Notes under the pieces: model-generated
What the model was told of the DNA's origin: nothing
The model's input: the letters and a program-made list of their open reading frames with translations, nothing else
Databases searched by the model: none
Part shown: positions 26,361 to 36,757 of the stretch, piece after piece
How positions within the stretch are numbered: position 1 is the first letter of the stretch
How the letters are laid out: each line of letters starts with the position of its first letter
Program-made: the position numbers and the translations under genes
Virus record (IMG/VR): IMGVR_UViG_3300033553_000165
Coordinates: 32,897 to 96,896 of that record
Source: a virus
DNA length: 64,000 bases
Strand: one strand, 5' to 3'

Positions 26361-27918
26361 TCAACCATTCTTTTATACTTTCAGTCATAAGGCTAAATTC
26401 GTCGAACATATAAACCTCAAGCCTATCGTTCGGAACTTCTTTACCGTAAACCTCTAATCTATTTAAACTATGTTCAGAAAAGTGCTTAGTTCCTACATCC
26501 ATAATATCTATAATCGCTGCCCGAGTCTTCCCCTCAATTGATCCTAGAACCCTTCCCTGCTTTTGTGTGATATTACTTCCTTCTAAACCTCCGTCGGCTA
26601 AAATCAGTATCTCTGCCTCCGGAAGTGTTATCCCTTTCTTGTAGATATTACTGGCCAATAAGATTTTCCCCTTTCCTTTCAAAAACTTTAATTTTGCCCG
26701 TTCTCGCTCGGTTGGTTTACTGTCCCCACTAATAAACATCTCACCCGTCTCCTCAGAAATAATATATCCGTGCTTCTTGGAATTAAATATGACTAAAGTT
26801 TTCCAGTGGTTCTTTTTACAAGTTTTGATTAATTTCGTAAGAATATGGTTCCGCTCGTCGTTGTGGTGAATTGTCTGAGAAAGATAATCGTGGTAACTTT
26901 CTGCCTTATAAATTCTATTGCGCCTTATGTAATCTGAATGATCATAACTAACCAAGAAAATTTTATCTAAGGCTAAAAATCCCTCATCTTGTAACCGCTT
27001 CTTTTTAACCTCATAACAGATGCCGCCAAAAAATCCTTTAATCTTCAGATTTTCAATCAACCCACCGACCTGTTTGAATGGCGTGGCTGAAAGTCCCAAA
27101 AGTTGATTCATACTTTTACAATTATTTAGAACATTCATACGTTTTGTACTTGAATATTCGTGAATCTCATCTACTATCAGAAAATCAACCTGACGCATAT
27201 ACTTTTGAACCCTTCGCTTCTCAGCATTCTTGATTTTATTCTTAGCTTTAATCTCTTCCTTGCTTAAACTTACCTTTTCCTTGTTAACGGTCTTACTTTC
27301 CGAAACTTTCCCGTACAATTTAGAAGTTAGCGTCTGGATCATAGCGACTGTTACTTGCTTGGGTTCAAAGCCTTTATCGTTAACATATCCCATATCTTCT
27401 AGATTGGCTCCTAAATATCCCGCAATTTCTTCTGTTGCTTGCTTAAATAAGTCAACCGTATCAACTACAAACAAAATATTCGCATTCTCATTAAATTGTA
27501 AAGTTTGCCGGATCGTTTCTGAAGCAATAAACGTTTTACCTCCCCTCGTGGGGACAATCATAATACCAATATTGTTTTTGAAAAATTCGTTAATGCCCTC
27601 CCTCTGGTGTGGGCGCAATTTTTTCGGCAAATCTTTGGGAATTATCTTATGTCGGCTAAATTTATAAGAATCCTTGATTTTGTATTGCAATTCATCCTTA
27701 TCCATATTGTAAATCACCTCATCCAGTAACCCAAAGTCAAAAAAGTCTTTTTTATCGTAAAATCGGTGATAACCATCCCAATCTCCTTTTTTAAAGATTT
27801 CAGAGAAATGAGCCCCATCTACATAAAATTCCAAATATTCCTTAACCCAACGTAATTCTCTTGGTTTATCAGCCGTTAATTTACAACGGGACATATTTAC
27901 ACGTGTTATCGTTATCAT
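26347..27918 (-). CDS. Superfamily 2 (UvsW-like) helicase
   Basis: LRPHQ, PTRGGKT, VDEIH, LSATP, GITLP, QKQGRVL. Confidence 0.92.
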   Translation of the reverse strand: MITITRVNMSRCKLTADKPRELRWVKEYLEFYVDGAHFSEIFKKGDWDGYHRFYDKKDFFDFGLLDEVIYNMDKDELQYKIKDSYKFSRHKIIPKDLPKKLRPHQREGINEFFKNNIGIMIVPTRGGKTFIASETIRQTLQFNENANILFVVDTVDLFKQATEEIAGYLGANLEDMGYVNDKGFEPKQVTVAMIQTLTSKLYGKVSESKTVNKEKVSLSKEEIKAKNKIKNAEKRRVQKYMRQVDFLIVDEIHEYSSTKRMNVLNNCKSMNQLLGLSATPFKQVGGLIENLKIKGFFGGICYEVKKKRLQDEGFLALDKIFLVSYDHSDYIRRNRIYKAESYHDYLSQTIHHNDERNHILTKLIKTCKKNHWKTLVIFNSKKHGYIISEETGEMFISGDSKPTERERAKLKFLKGKGKILLASNIYKKGITLPEAEILILADGGLEGSNITQKQGRVLGSIEGKTRAAIIDIMDVGTKHFSEHSLNRLEVYGKEVPNDRLEVYMFDEFSLMTESIKEWLNEKE

Positions 27919-27959
27919 AATTGGATTTTTCTAAAATAACGTTGTATGTGTTTTTGCTT

Positions 27960-28300
27960 TTTAGTTTAGAGATATCTTGAGAAATTTAGGTATAAGAGAC
28001 AAACCCCCTCCCCTCAATGTAAATTAATACATTAAAGGAAAAAAGTTTGTACCTAAACTATCAAGAATTACTTGAGCGAATTTGAGGCTGGCACGGCTCA
28101 CAACCCCTAAAAAGAACCAGTTGCCATTTAAACATAAGAAGTTTCTAAGATAACTTAGATTATAACTTCTCTCCCAACTAAACTTTGGTGAAAATCTTAT
28201 CGGTATCAGATTCTATACCTGATATTTTTAGGAAGGTAATAAAACGATTTTAAGGCATTTTAACGATGTGTTAGGGTTTTCTTAACTACTTACTTCCCTA
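27960..28300 (-). ncRNA. Candidate large structured non-coding RNA (or structured replication origin)
   Basis: ORF-free gap holding at least five hairpins, including a 23-bp uninterrupted stem (27999-28050) that pairs fully only on the minus strand, through 7 G.U pairs. Confidence 0.55.
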
Positions 28301-28341
28301 CGAAAAGTACAATTATAACCAATAGGATAAATGTGGAAACC

Positions 28342-28372
28342 AAAAGTGCCCTCTAGTATTTTAGAAGGCACT
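28342..28372 (-). terminator. Rho-independent terminator ending the structural operon
   Basis: Minus strand AGTGCCTTCTA-AAATAC-TAGAGGGCACT followed by TTT. Confidence 0.75.
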
Positions 28373-28399
28373 AATGAGAAAACAATAAAAAATCGAAAA

Positions 28400-29197
28400 T
28401 TAATCGAAGCTGAACAAAACGTCTAAAGATTCACTCTTATTTAAATCCTCACTGAAATCAATAACTAATTGCGGCTTAACTTTTCGTCTAACCCAAATTC
28501 CTAAAGATTTTCCAGCGTCTAAAGAAGCGACTAAAGAAGTTTCTCCGTCAACGTAACCGCTAAAATTAACTATGTTACTTTCGGCAGTTCCCGTTGAAGT
28601 TATTTGAACCACCGCATCGGTCTTCGTTAAGGCTTCTCGTCTTATATAGACGCTCGTGTTTGAATATTTTTGAACCGTAAATTCCGGAACCAACTCAAAG
28701 TGCGCTATAATCTCATCCACCATATGTTCTAAGGTACTGCCGACAAAAAGAATCGCTTGACCTAATAGATTGAAGGTTTCTCCGGAAGCAGGAACCGTAA
28801 CCATTTTTAGGATACAGCTTTCTCGAACGGTTGTTGGATTAAAGAAGTCAGCATTGAAAGGCGATTCTTGAGAACTTCCGATAACTTCTATTTGGTGATC
28901 GTCTGTTGGTTCAACTATCGCCCAATCAAAATCAGCGTCATTATCAACCTCTCCTAAAAAATCTTGATATATTTGCTGAATGGATAAATTGGTTATTGCA
29001 GTTTGAGTTTCGTTATAAATGAAGAAGGCTAAAGTTTCTTCAATTCTATTCTTCTGAGAATAAATGGACAGGGAAGAGAATAACGCTCCTGGTCTCCCAT
29101 TGGGGATCGGCGTTGAAGACATATACCCTCCAAGGCTTTGTGTTTTGTCGTTTTGAGCTGACAGCGAGTGTTTTGCTCCTGAGAATAAAAATTTCAT
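28400..29197 (-). CDS. Virion/baseplate-associated protein
   Basis: Last gene of the tail module; SLGGYMSST...LF and LDAGKSLGIWVRR motifs typical of phage virion proteins. Confidence 0.55.
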   Translation of the reverse strand: MKFLFSGAKHSLSAQNDKTQSLGGYMSSTPIPNGRPGALFSSLSIYSQKNRIEETLAFFIYNETQTAITNLSIQQIYQDFLGEVDNDADFDWAIVEPTDDHQIEVIGSSQESPFNADFFNPTTVRESCILKMVTVPASGETFNLLGQAILFVGSTLEHMVDEIIAHFELVPEFTVQKYSNTSVYIRREALTKTDAVVQITSTGTAESNIVNFSGYVDGETSLVASLDAGKSLGIWVRRKVKPQLVIDFSEDLNKSESLDVLFSFD

Positions 29198-31549
29198 TTA
29201 GACTATTTTTTCTATGTATATGAATTTTATATGTTTCGGTTGAATTTTAACATCTTCCACTGCACCATCTTTCTTATTAATTTCCAGACCACCTGTGTAA
29301 GTTGTTCTAGTTAATGGATCTCCGTTAGCGTCCGGAGAAATATGAACTTGGTTAATATTATATCCAGAACCACTCGTATTTCTATCTGAACTTCTACCCC
29401 AAACTTCGTGACGGTGAGATGGAATATTTGCTAAGGTTAATTTAACTTTATCTGTACCTCCCGTTTGACCCAACTCAGTCCAAATTGCCGTACCCATAAC
29501 AAATTGATCTTGCATTTCACTTACAATTCTCCATCCCCAGAATCCTGATCTAACTCCCATACCGTCTACGGTGAAGCTATTTTGAGGAACATCTTTTAAC
29601 ATCCTCACCATACCTTTAGGATTTATATCGGAGTCGTAATGGCAAATCCAATTTCCGGTATCATCAAAGGTACATCTTATGAATAATCCGCTTGAAAGCT
29701 TTTCGGCACTCTTAGAATTATTCTTAATGTAAGCAGTGTCGTTGCTGGTAATGTTTGCTAAAGTTTTGAAAGAAGTAGGATTTGAATAATCTTGAACGAT
29801 TTTAAGTGTAAAATTGTTTAAGGTTATGAATTGATCTATATGTAAAATAAATTCGTTTCCTTGCCTTAAAGAACCCCCTTCTTCATCCGTCTTCGCAAGG
29901 TTAATAACCATATTTGCGGACATACTCAAGGTGCCCGTATAATGTTGATATCTTTTATCCCTACCAACTATCAGATCAACCACTGGGATTGAATTGTCTA
30001 AAGAAGACGTGTTGACTCCAAAAACATCTCCCGTAACAACTTGCCCCTTGAAGTTCCAAAAAGAATCTGGATGAGGACATACCTCTATGAATCCTTTAGT
30101 AAGGTGTCCTGTGTAAGGTTTCAAAGTTCTATTTATAGTTTCTACCTTTAAATTCCCTACATCGTCAAAAGAATCTTCATCATAATATCCTATCGTATCA
30201 TTCGGGAATTTCTTCCAGTCTGTAAAATCATTTTGGATTTTATACCTATAAGTAAGATTGTATTTGTAGCAACTTTCAAAGGACGGAACCTGAAGACTGG
30301 CAATTGGCGTATTTATAGGAAAGTTAAAAATCTTATCAATCAACGCTGTTGTATTTATATCTCCGTCTTGACGAACCTTTACTTCTATCTCTTCATATGG
30401 AGGAGCAATAAATAATGCCGCCTTATCTGTATAATCAGTAGGATTTAAAACATCAAGTGTTACCACGATTTGAGTTCCGGAATCTTGACTGTCGATAATT
30501 TCCTTCCAGTCTCCGTTGGAAGAATAAATTCTCCAGCCGTTAAAATCTCCATTAGTAAATTGCGAAGTATCTTTAAACACCCCACCATTACCTATCAAGA
30601 TACTGATCTTTTTAGAAGAAGTATCTATGGTATAAGAATTTATTCTGAATCCAAATGCTAACTGGATAAAGTTATCCGCTTGCGTGCTAGTTTTTACTCC
30701 GTATCTTATATTCTCAACTCCGATTATTGGATTGGCGGCAGTTCGGTTAATACTTCTTAAGTAATTAAACGCCTCACTCCTCCACCACTTTTTTCTTTTA
30801 TCTTGAATCGTTAAATCTATTCCCGTATTTTTTACCCTTGCTACGAAAAATTCTTTATCGGCTATATGAGCTGGTTCTATGTTAAAGTTGTTTTCCCTTA
30901 CTAATTGAACCTTCACCGAATCATAACGGAAGATCATTTGGTTTTCGGCAGGAACGGGATATCCTGGAGTGAAAGTTCCTACGACCCCATATTTCAAGTT
31001 ATTTTCAGAATTGAAATCTCCGCTAATAATACAACTCGTGTCGTCTATTACTTTAACAACTTCATAATCATCCGCATTTCCATTTAAGGAATTTTCTAAT
31101 CTGATCTTACTCGGATAATTAGGTTGACCTCTTAATACTTTGGTAAATTTAGTACCGACCCCCGTCAAGTTTCCGGTAGCATCTAAAGATACCGTTCCGT
31201 CTTCCGTCGTACTTAGTTGGTGAGATATTTTAACCCAGTACCAATTTCCGTCGTTAGCTATTTCGAAATTCTGCTTTTCTTTGTTAACTATTAAGTTAGC
31301 ATCAGAATCAACCGCCACTCCTTTACCTAAAACTATCTCATCAAAGGGTGTTCCAGCCTTACTAACATAGAAGCACTCTTGCTTTTTTATTTGACCTATA
31401 ACCGGAAATTTCAATTGTTCTACTAAACCGAAACTTGCCGTATCAATTAATGCGTGTCTTTTGAAACCACTATCTTCTAAGAACTCGGTGCGCTTATTTA
31501 ATTCGGCTATCCCTTCAAATAGATTTTCGCTTTGTTTTACCTTAGCCAT
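29198..31549 (-). CDS. Tail fibre/baseplate protein with C-terminal collar-like domain
   Basis: Beta-rich; TGVGTKF; C-terminal FVMG...GQTGG..V.LT.ANIPSHRH...QP...F.YIEK. Confidence 0.7.
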   Translation of the reverse strand: MAKVKQSENLFEGIAELNKRTEFLEDSGFKRHALIDTASFGLVEQLKFPVIGQIKKQECFYVSKAGTPFDEIVLGKGVAVDSDANLIVNKEKQNFEIANDGNWYWVKISHQLSTTEDGTVSLDATGNLTGVGTKFTKVLRGQPNYPSKIRLENSLNGNADDYEVVKVIDDTSCIISGDFNSENNLKYGVVGTFTPGYPVPAENQMIFRYDSVKVQLVRENNFNIEPAHIADKEFFVARVKNTGIDLTIQDKRKKWWRSEAFNYLRSINRTAANPIIGVENIRYGVKTSTQADNFIQLAFGFRINSYTIDTSSKKISILIGNGGVFKDTSQFTNGDFNGWRIYSSNGDWKEIIDSQDSGTQIVVTLDVLNPTDYTDKAALFIAPPYEEIEVKVRQDGDINTTALIDKIFNFPINTPIASLQVPSFESCYKYNLTYRYKIQNDFTDWKKFPNDTIGYYDEDSFDDVGNLKVETINRTLKPYTGHLTKGFIEVCPHPDSFWNFKGQVVTGDVFGVNTSSLDNSIPVVDLIVGRDKRYQHYTGTLSMSANMVINLAKTDEEGGSLRQGNEFILHIDQFITLNNFTLKIVQDYSNPTSFKTLANITSNDTAYIKNNSKSAEKLSSGLFIRCTFDDTGNWICHYDSDINPKGMVRMLKDVPQNSFTVDGMGVRSGFWGWRIVSEMQDQFVMGTAIWTELGQTGGTDKVKLTLANIPSHRHEVWGRSSDRNTSGSGYNINQVHISPDANGDPLTRTTYTGGLEINKKDGAVEDVKIQPKHIKFIYIEKIV

Positions 31550-31565
31550 TTCTTTAATGTTATTT

Positions 31566-33245
31566 CTATGTTAATAGTTGTTTGTCGTCCACTTTCGGTG
31601 AAAGGAAGATGGAAGTTAGCTTTTGTTGATATGGTAATAAATATCTTTCTATGAAGTTGTGAACCTGTAAATCAGTCATTTCTTCTCCGTTATTTTTCAT
31701 CCAACTCAAAACCGTATTTTGCTGTTGTATAAATTGGGGATTCTTAATATAGGTTGAGCCGTCCTTCATACTCGGCAATATGTTTCTTCCTCTTATCAAA
31801 GGTCGCATTTTTAAATCCGCTATTTCTATACTTTGGGAAGAATTTGTAGAACCTCCATATATGCAGATTTTAATCTTTTCAACCGCATCGTTAAATTTTA
31901 AATTTATTCCCTTATTTATATTGAGTCTTGCGTTTGTAGCGTCTAACGAAGTGCTCTGGTTGGAGTAGATTATTCCCCTTATGAAATACCATTCATCTTG
32001 AACCTTAACTATTTCTTGTGCATTTGCAACGCTAAAGAAAGTATTATCAACCAACCCGTCAGTAATTTTCACGAAGGATAAATCTTTTTGAATCCCGTTC
32101 CTATTAAACCCTAAAACCCCGAAGTTGAAATTAAAACCCGTCAGCGCAGCAGTTCTCCGAACTTTAAAGGTTATTTCATAATCAATCTCAGGTTCAACCG
32201 TAATTAGTCTTTCAATAGGAACTTCGTTGGGAGGAGAGGATAAATCGAACCCTAAACCATTCAACCCTGCGGCTCCAACGATTTCAAGATTTCCGTCTAA
32301 AATTGACACGCTCCCTAAAGTATCGTATTTCGTAAGGTCTACAAATTCTTCGGTATTCTCTTCAGTTTTATTAAGCTGGGTTGAGAAATTGGTTCCGTTA
32401 TACAAAGGAGATGAATTACCAATATTGTAACCCATATGTTTTTTCTCCATAACTTCAATAAGAAATTCGTCATAGTAGTTCTTTATTAATATTCTTAGCC
32501 ATTCTCCTCTTACCGCTTGATCTCCCTTTTCCTTAGTTGTTAGAATCGTACCTCTTTTTCTGATCTCGTCTTTAAAGTTATTCGCTATAAATTGTAAATC
32601 TTCTAATAAGGTTTCCTGACCCGAAACTTTAATTCCTTTTTGTTTTAGGTTTTCTATCAGATAATCCCTTCGGTATAAAATCTCATCAAAGGTATTATTG
32701 AAGGCAGTGACCATAGCCATAAAGAAACAAACCGAACCCCATAAACTCACAAAATCTTCGTTATTGGTTTCGTCTCCCCTTTCGATGAAAGTCGGAAGAA
32801 TACCGTGGTAGTATATTTTCCGGAGAAGGTTATTTGCTAACTCATTAGTCACACTATCATTTTCAGCTAACTCAGCAAAAATACTTTCAACGGTTGCCGT
32901 ATTGTTACAAATTTGAAGTTCTATGTTCCCTAATAATTCTAAAGAAACGAACTCTAAAATTCCCGTTGTATTAGAACCGCTTCTTGAATATTTACATTCT
33001 ATGAAAAGCAGTCCAAAAATATGACCTTGTATTTTTTGAACGTTTTCATTACTTAACGGCATCCATTGGCTCCAAGTTAAATTATCTTTGGAATATCTGA
33101 AGTTCTTACTGAAGAATCTATCAACTGTTTCCCCTATCGCTACATCAACGAACCCTGTGAGATTTATTTCCCCTCTTACAGAAAGTTGTGTCTTGATAGT
33201 TAGGACATCTCCAATAGAATCTAATATGTTATTTGTTATAGCCAT
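31566..33245 (-). CDS. Baseplate structural protein
   Basis: Position after baseplate J; EIRKRGT motif as in wedge proteins. Confidence 0.55.
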   Translation of the reverse strand: MAITNNILDSIGDVLTIKTQLSVRGEINLTGFVDVAIGETVDRFFSKNFRYSKDNLTWSQWMPLSNENVQKIQGHIFGLLFIECKYSRSGSNTTGILEFVSLELLGNIELQICNNTATVESIFAELAENDSVTNELANNLLRKIYYHGILPTFIERGDETNNEDFVSLWGSVCFFMAMVTAFNNTFDEILYRRDYLIENLKQKGIKVSGQETLLEDLQFIANNFKDEIRKRGTILTTKEKGDQAVRGEWLRILIKNYYDEFLIEVMEKKHMGYNIGNSSPLYNGTNFSTQLNKTEENTEEFVDLTKYDTLGSVSILDGNLEIVGAAGLNGLGFDLSSPPNEVPIERLITVEPEIDYEITFKVRRTAALTGFNFNFGVLGFNRNGIQKDLSFVKITDGLVDNTFFSVANAQEIVKVQDEWYFIRGIIYSNQSTSLDATNARLNINKGINLKFNDAVEKIKICIYGGSTNSSQSIEIADLKMRPLIRGRNILPSMKDGSTYIKNPQFIQQQNTVLSWMKNNGEEMTDLQVHNFIERYLLPYQQKLTSIFLSPKVDDKQLLT

Positions 33246-33580
33246 TATCTCTGGTAGATTAATTCGCCTTGATCATTTATAGAATAACTGCTGGCGTGTG
33301 CGTCGGAAATAACTAACTCCCCACCTATATCAACATTAATAATTAAGTCTCTATTTTTGCTTATCAATAATTCGCCCTCTAAGCCCATTGATGAATCAAT
33401 CTTTTTTCTTTCCTCTAGAAGTTCCACGTTAGTGATATTCATAGGGTTCAAAACCTCTTCATCGTTTTGATCCTCATTGTGAGCTAAGATTTTTAGGGAG
33501 ATTGATCCCGTGTTATCTTCTAAGCTTAAACTCAAATCAACCACTTCAGTTTTGGAGGATGAATATGTTTTCTTTTCCAT
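33245..33580 (-). CDS. Hypothetical virion protein
   Basis: ORF track; repeated GELxI motif; coupled to both neighbours. Confidence 0.55.
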   Translation of the reverse strand: MEKKTYSSSKTEVVDLSLSLEDNTGSISLKILAHNEDQNDEEVLNPMNITNVELLEERKKIDSSMGLEGELLISKNRDLIINVDIGGELVISDAHASSYSINDQGELIYQR

Positions 33581-34776
33581 TATAGAGATTTTAATACGGT
33601 TGCTTGATAACTAAAATCCAAGTCATTTGGATAGTAAACAGGGTTCAATGTTTCCGTCTGGTTGGAGATAAGTTCCCCTTTCATATTCATCATCATAAAC
33701 CCTCGGAACCTCGGAAGGTGTCCTCTCGGGATAATTAAGTCATTGTTAGGGAAGAAATAATTGTCTAACACACGATTTACTCCCCGAACACCTTTTATAG
33801 CGTTAATCAAGTCTATCCAGTCTATTATTCCTCCGTCGTCCCAAAGTCTGTAGTCAACGACCTTATTGATAGCAATTTGAATATGTTTCCGAACGTTATC
33901 CGGATTATAAGAAGAATCAATATCTACACGACAACTTATGTCAATTGGAAAGTAAGGAATATTGATAATCTTTATACCGTAATTATTTCTACCATCAGGT
34001 TTCAACTCATTCATCGAAAAGTAGTTTTCCCCTTTAGCTAATATCTCCGCAAGTTCACCGCTTGAAAATTGAGCTCCATTAACTGCCGAAACTCCAATTT
34101 GAAGGTCTCCCACTTGATCTAGACCTAAATTATAAACCCTCAAAACATTTGGATTTATTTTTCGGAAAACTTGTTCTAGATATGAAATTGTACCCCGAGC
34201 CAAAACGTTGATCTCGTCTTTTATTCTTTGTCTAAAATTATCGTCATCCTCAAAATCTCTTCCACCAGTTGCCGAAAATTCATTTATACTATATTCGTGT
34301 CCAGCTGGTCTAGGACTTAATTGACTTATTGTTAAAGTCTCAACGTTTGTACTTGAACCGCTGTTTAGGCTTTTCACTTTTACATACGTAAATCCTTCCT
34401 CTGGTATCTCAACGCTCAACTCTGGAGTAAAGTCAATCCCTTTACCTTTAAAGATATGAAGATTGGGAGTGTAAGTCGTACCAGGAGCACCGACCACCCT
34501 TATATATGCTACACTTTGAGTTGCGCCTAATCTTCCTGCCACCCCTTGAAGTTCCGCTATCCTATCTAAATAATCCCCGAAGGCTGAATCCGGAAATAAA
34601 TGGGCTTCAACTACGGCAGTATCTTTTAGAACCTTTTGGGCTAATTTTCCGATACCATAACCGATACCATTCAGAACCGAACCGTCTGAAATCTTCGTAA
34701 CCTTATTGGTATGGTTTAGGAATGTTTCGGCGAAAATCCTTTTTAGTTCCTCTACAGGTGTTATTTTTGTTATCAT
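33580..34776 (-). CDS. Baseplate J-like wedge protein
   Basis: GSVL, AFGDYLDRIA..GV.R, GGRDFEDDDNFRQRI, VRGV. Confidence 0.88.
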   Translation of the reverse strand: MITKITPVEELKRIFAETFLNHTNKVTKISDGSVLNGIGYGIGKLAQKVLKDTAVVEAHLFPDSAFGDYLDRIAELQGVAGRLGATQSVAYIRVVGAPGTTYTPNLHIFKGKGIDFTPELSVEIPEEGFTYVKVKSLNSGSSTNVETLTISQLSPRPAGHEYSINEFSATGGRDFEDDDNFRQRIKDEINVLARGTISYLEQVFRKINPNVLRVYNLGLDQVGDLQIGVSAVNGAQFSSGELAEILAKGENYFSMNELKPDGRNNYGIKIINIPYFPIDISCRVDIDSSYNPDNVRKHIQIAINKVVDYRLWDDGGIIDWIDLINAIKGVRGVNRVLDNYFFPNNDLIIPRGHLPRFRGFMMMNMKGELISNQTETLNPVYYPNDLDFSYQATVLKSL

Positions 34777-34790
34777 CTCTAAATTTATTT

Positions 34791-35150
34791 TTATTCGTTA
34801 GCTCCCCATATTATAGCATAACCATTTTCCCATAACCAATAATTTAAATGCTCACCATCTATCCATATGTGAGCTATGTATCTATTGAAAGAACCTGTTT
34901 TATCCTTATCAGTTTGAAGTGTAAAAGTTTTACCTTTTAATTTTTCTTCAACTATTTGTTGAACCATCCGACCTTCCTCTAGAGTTGGTGTTCTACGTTC
35001 AGGTGTATCTATTACCGCTAATCTTAATGTGCGAGTAGTATAATCTCTAAATCCTTGATCTATTAAGGCAGTAAGAGTATCTCCGTCAAAATTTTTAATT
35101 GACGTTCCGACATATACATAACTTCTTTCGGGTTGTGGTAGCTTTATCAT
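34791..35150 (-). CDS. Thermonuclease (SNase-like)
   Basis: FDGDT, LRLAVIDTPE, DKTGSFNRYIA, LNYWLWENGYA. Confidence 0.85.
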   Translation of the reverse strand: MIKLPQPERSYVYVGTSIKNFDGDTLTALIDQGFRDYTTRTLRLAVIDTPERRTPTLEEGRMVQQIVEEKLKGKTFTLQTDKDKTGSFNRYIAHIWIDGEHLNYWLWENGYAIIWGANE

Positions 35151-36073
35151 AATGTTATATTTCTAATTATTACCAAATCAAATTTTGTGTTTACTCTGTA
35201 CTCAATAAATACGTCCCCTTCTTCGTGGCGAATATCTATTACCTCAAAATCTTTAAATAGATCATCTGATGAGAATATTCTTTTTAATTCCCTCGCTATA
35301 CTTTTAAAGTTTAGTTGAGAATAATTTTCACCCTTATATAGACTTCCATCAAGTCCAAGGTTTGGAAATTCTGGAATATCACCTTTCTTTAAAATTGATA
35401 AAGTGTCCACGGTTTGTTGTACGGTTTCTTTATATCCTAAAACTACAAGGTCTCCATCTTTCAATTCAATGAGTCGCTTTATATCTTTTCCATAGATTCT
35501 TTCGCCGACCGTATTATCAATCATACTCGTTACAAGATTTCTTTGGAACAACTGCTTTCTCAGTTTTAAGTTTTTACCGCCTTCAATGTCCCAATCGTTT
35601 TCTTTCAGGTCATTATCTAAGGCTTGATCAACCCATCTGTTCTCATAGGCTTCCTCTTCTATAAAATCTTTTGTTATTCCTTCTAAGGTTTCCTGATCAT
35701 TCATCGTATAATCAAAAACTACTCCGGAGCGAGAAATACCGTTAATTAAAGATGAGCGCAAATATTTTGAAATATTTTGGTAATATTGTAACTTTCCCCG
35801 AATATCTTCAACCTTATCTAGAAGTTCCCAGTAATCAACCGTATTCATAACCCCCTTTTTCTCATAGAAGAAATTGGTAATTATTAAGGAATTTTCCGCT
35901 AATTGATTCAGTTTCTTAACCTTTTGCTTGTCTATGAAATTTACGTATCCTCTGAAGAATAGTACGATATCGTTCACATCTTCTTTGAAAAATCTTTTAG
36001 ACTCAACTAAAAATTCCCCAAGTGGGTAATTAGTCAAATCTATAAAATTTTGTATTACTTTAGGCTTTATCAT
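35147..36073 (-). CDS. Baseplate wedge protein (LysM-like plus gp25-like)
   Basis: ETLEGI...W...A..N.L segment followed by IYGKDI...GDL...KGDIPEFPNLG. Confidence 0.55.
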   Translation of the reverse strand: MIKPKVIQNFIDLTNYPLGEFLVESKRFFKEDVNDIVLFFRGYVNFIDKQKVKKLNQLAENSLIITNFFYEKKGVMNTVDYWELLDKVEDIRGKLQYYQNISKYLRSSLINGISRSGVVFDYTMNDQETLEGITKDFIEEEAYENRWVDQALDNDLKENDWDIEGGKNLKLRKQLFQRNLVTSMIDNTVGERIYGKDIKRLIELKDGDLVVLGYKETVQQTVDTLSILKKGDIPEFPNLGLDGSLYKGENYSQLNFKSIARELKRIFSSDDLFKDFEVIDIRHEEGDVFIEYRVNTKFDLVIIRNITL

Positions 36074-36756
36074 CTCATTAAACTTTTTGGAATAGATACA
36101 AATTCGTTATCGTCCGGAATTTCCTCAAACAGATCGTTTGCCGTCTTTTGAGCTACATCAACACCTAATAACTTAACGAGTCTTTTAGCTGGATGACCTG
36201 CCATTTTTATATTATCTACATTAGCAATAGCCTTTATCTCTAAAGTATAATTCCACATCATATTGTTTTCCATACTTTGTGAAACTTGGAAATTTAAAAC
36301 CTCAACTACATAGCTTTGGTTGAAGGAAAGATTATTAAATATTAAGACTTTAGGATTTGAACCACTTACTACAAAACTTTCCTCAATTATCTTCTCCAAC
36401 ATTTTCAACGCACCGTAACCAGTTTTAAACTTCAAATCATTCTTAACTAATATTACCTTGAATTTTCTACCGAAAGTTCCGTTGATATTAAAAGTTCTCC
36501 CCACGAATGAGTCGTTGAATTGACTAAGGTATGAGCTTCCGGTTTTCTTTATACTTACTAAAGATTGCCTCCCTATCTGTATTCCGCTGGGCATAACTGG
36601 AAAGTGAAATATCTCCTTAACGTTAAAACCGCTATCTACTAATTCAAAAGAACAAGCATAATATTCAAAATCATCGGGAGCAATAGCGTGAACCGCTGCC
36701 TTCCCCAATCTTCTCGCAAGCGTCGTGGCTTTTTCTTTTGCTATTTCTTTTGACAT
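36070..36756 (-). CDS. Tail tube initiator/hub-like virion protein
   Basis: FHFPVMP...INGTFG...MMWNYTLEI; position in the tail module. Confidence 0.55.
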   Translation of the reverse strand: MSKEIAKEKATTLARRLGKAAVHAIAPDDFEYYACSFELVDSGFNVKEIFHFPVMPSGIQIGRQSLVSIKKTGSSYLSQFNDSFVGRTFNINGTFGRKFKVILVKNDLKFKTGYGALKMLEKIIEESFVVSGSNPKVLIFNNLSFNQSYVVEVLNFQVSQSMENNMMWNYTLEIKAIANVDNIKMAGHPAKRLVKLLGVDVAQKTANDLFEEIPDDNEFVSIPKSLMR

Positions 36757-36757
36757 T

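Noticed and set aside
27960-28300. CRISPR mini-array, retron msr/msd, or H-type pseudoknot
   Set aside because: No direct repeats with spacers and no RT or Cas gene. The GGGGUU/AGCCUC pairing has no linker to span the stem, so it is at most an alternative fold.
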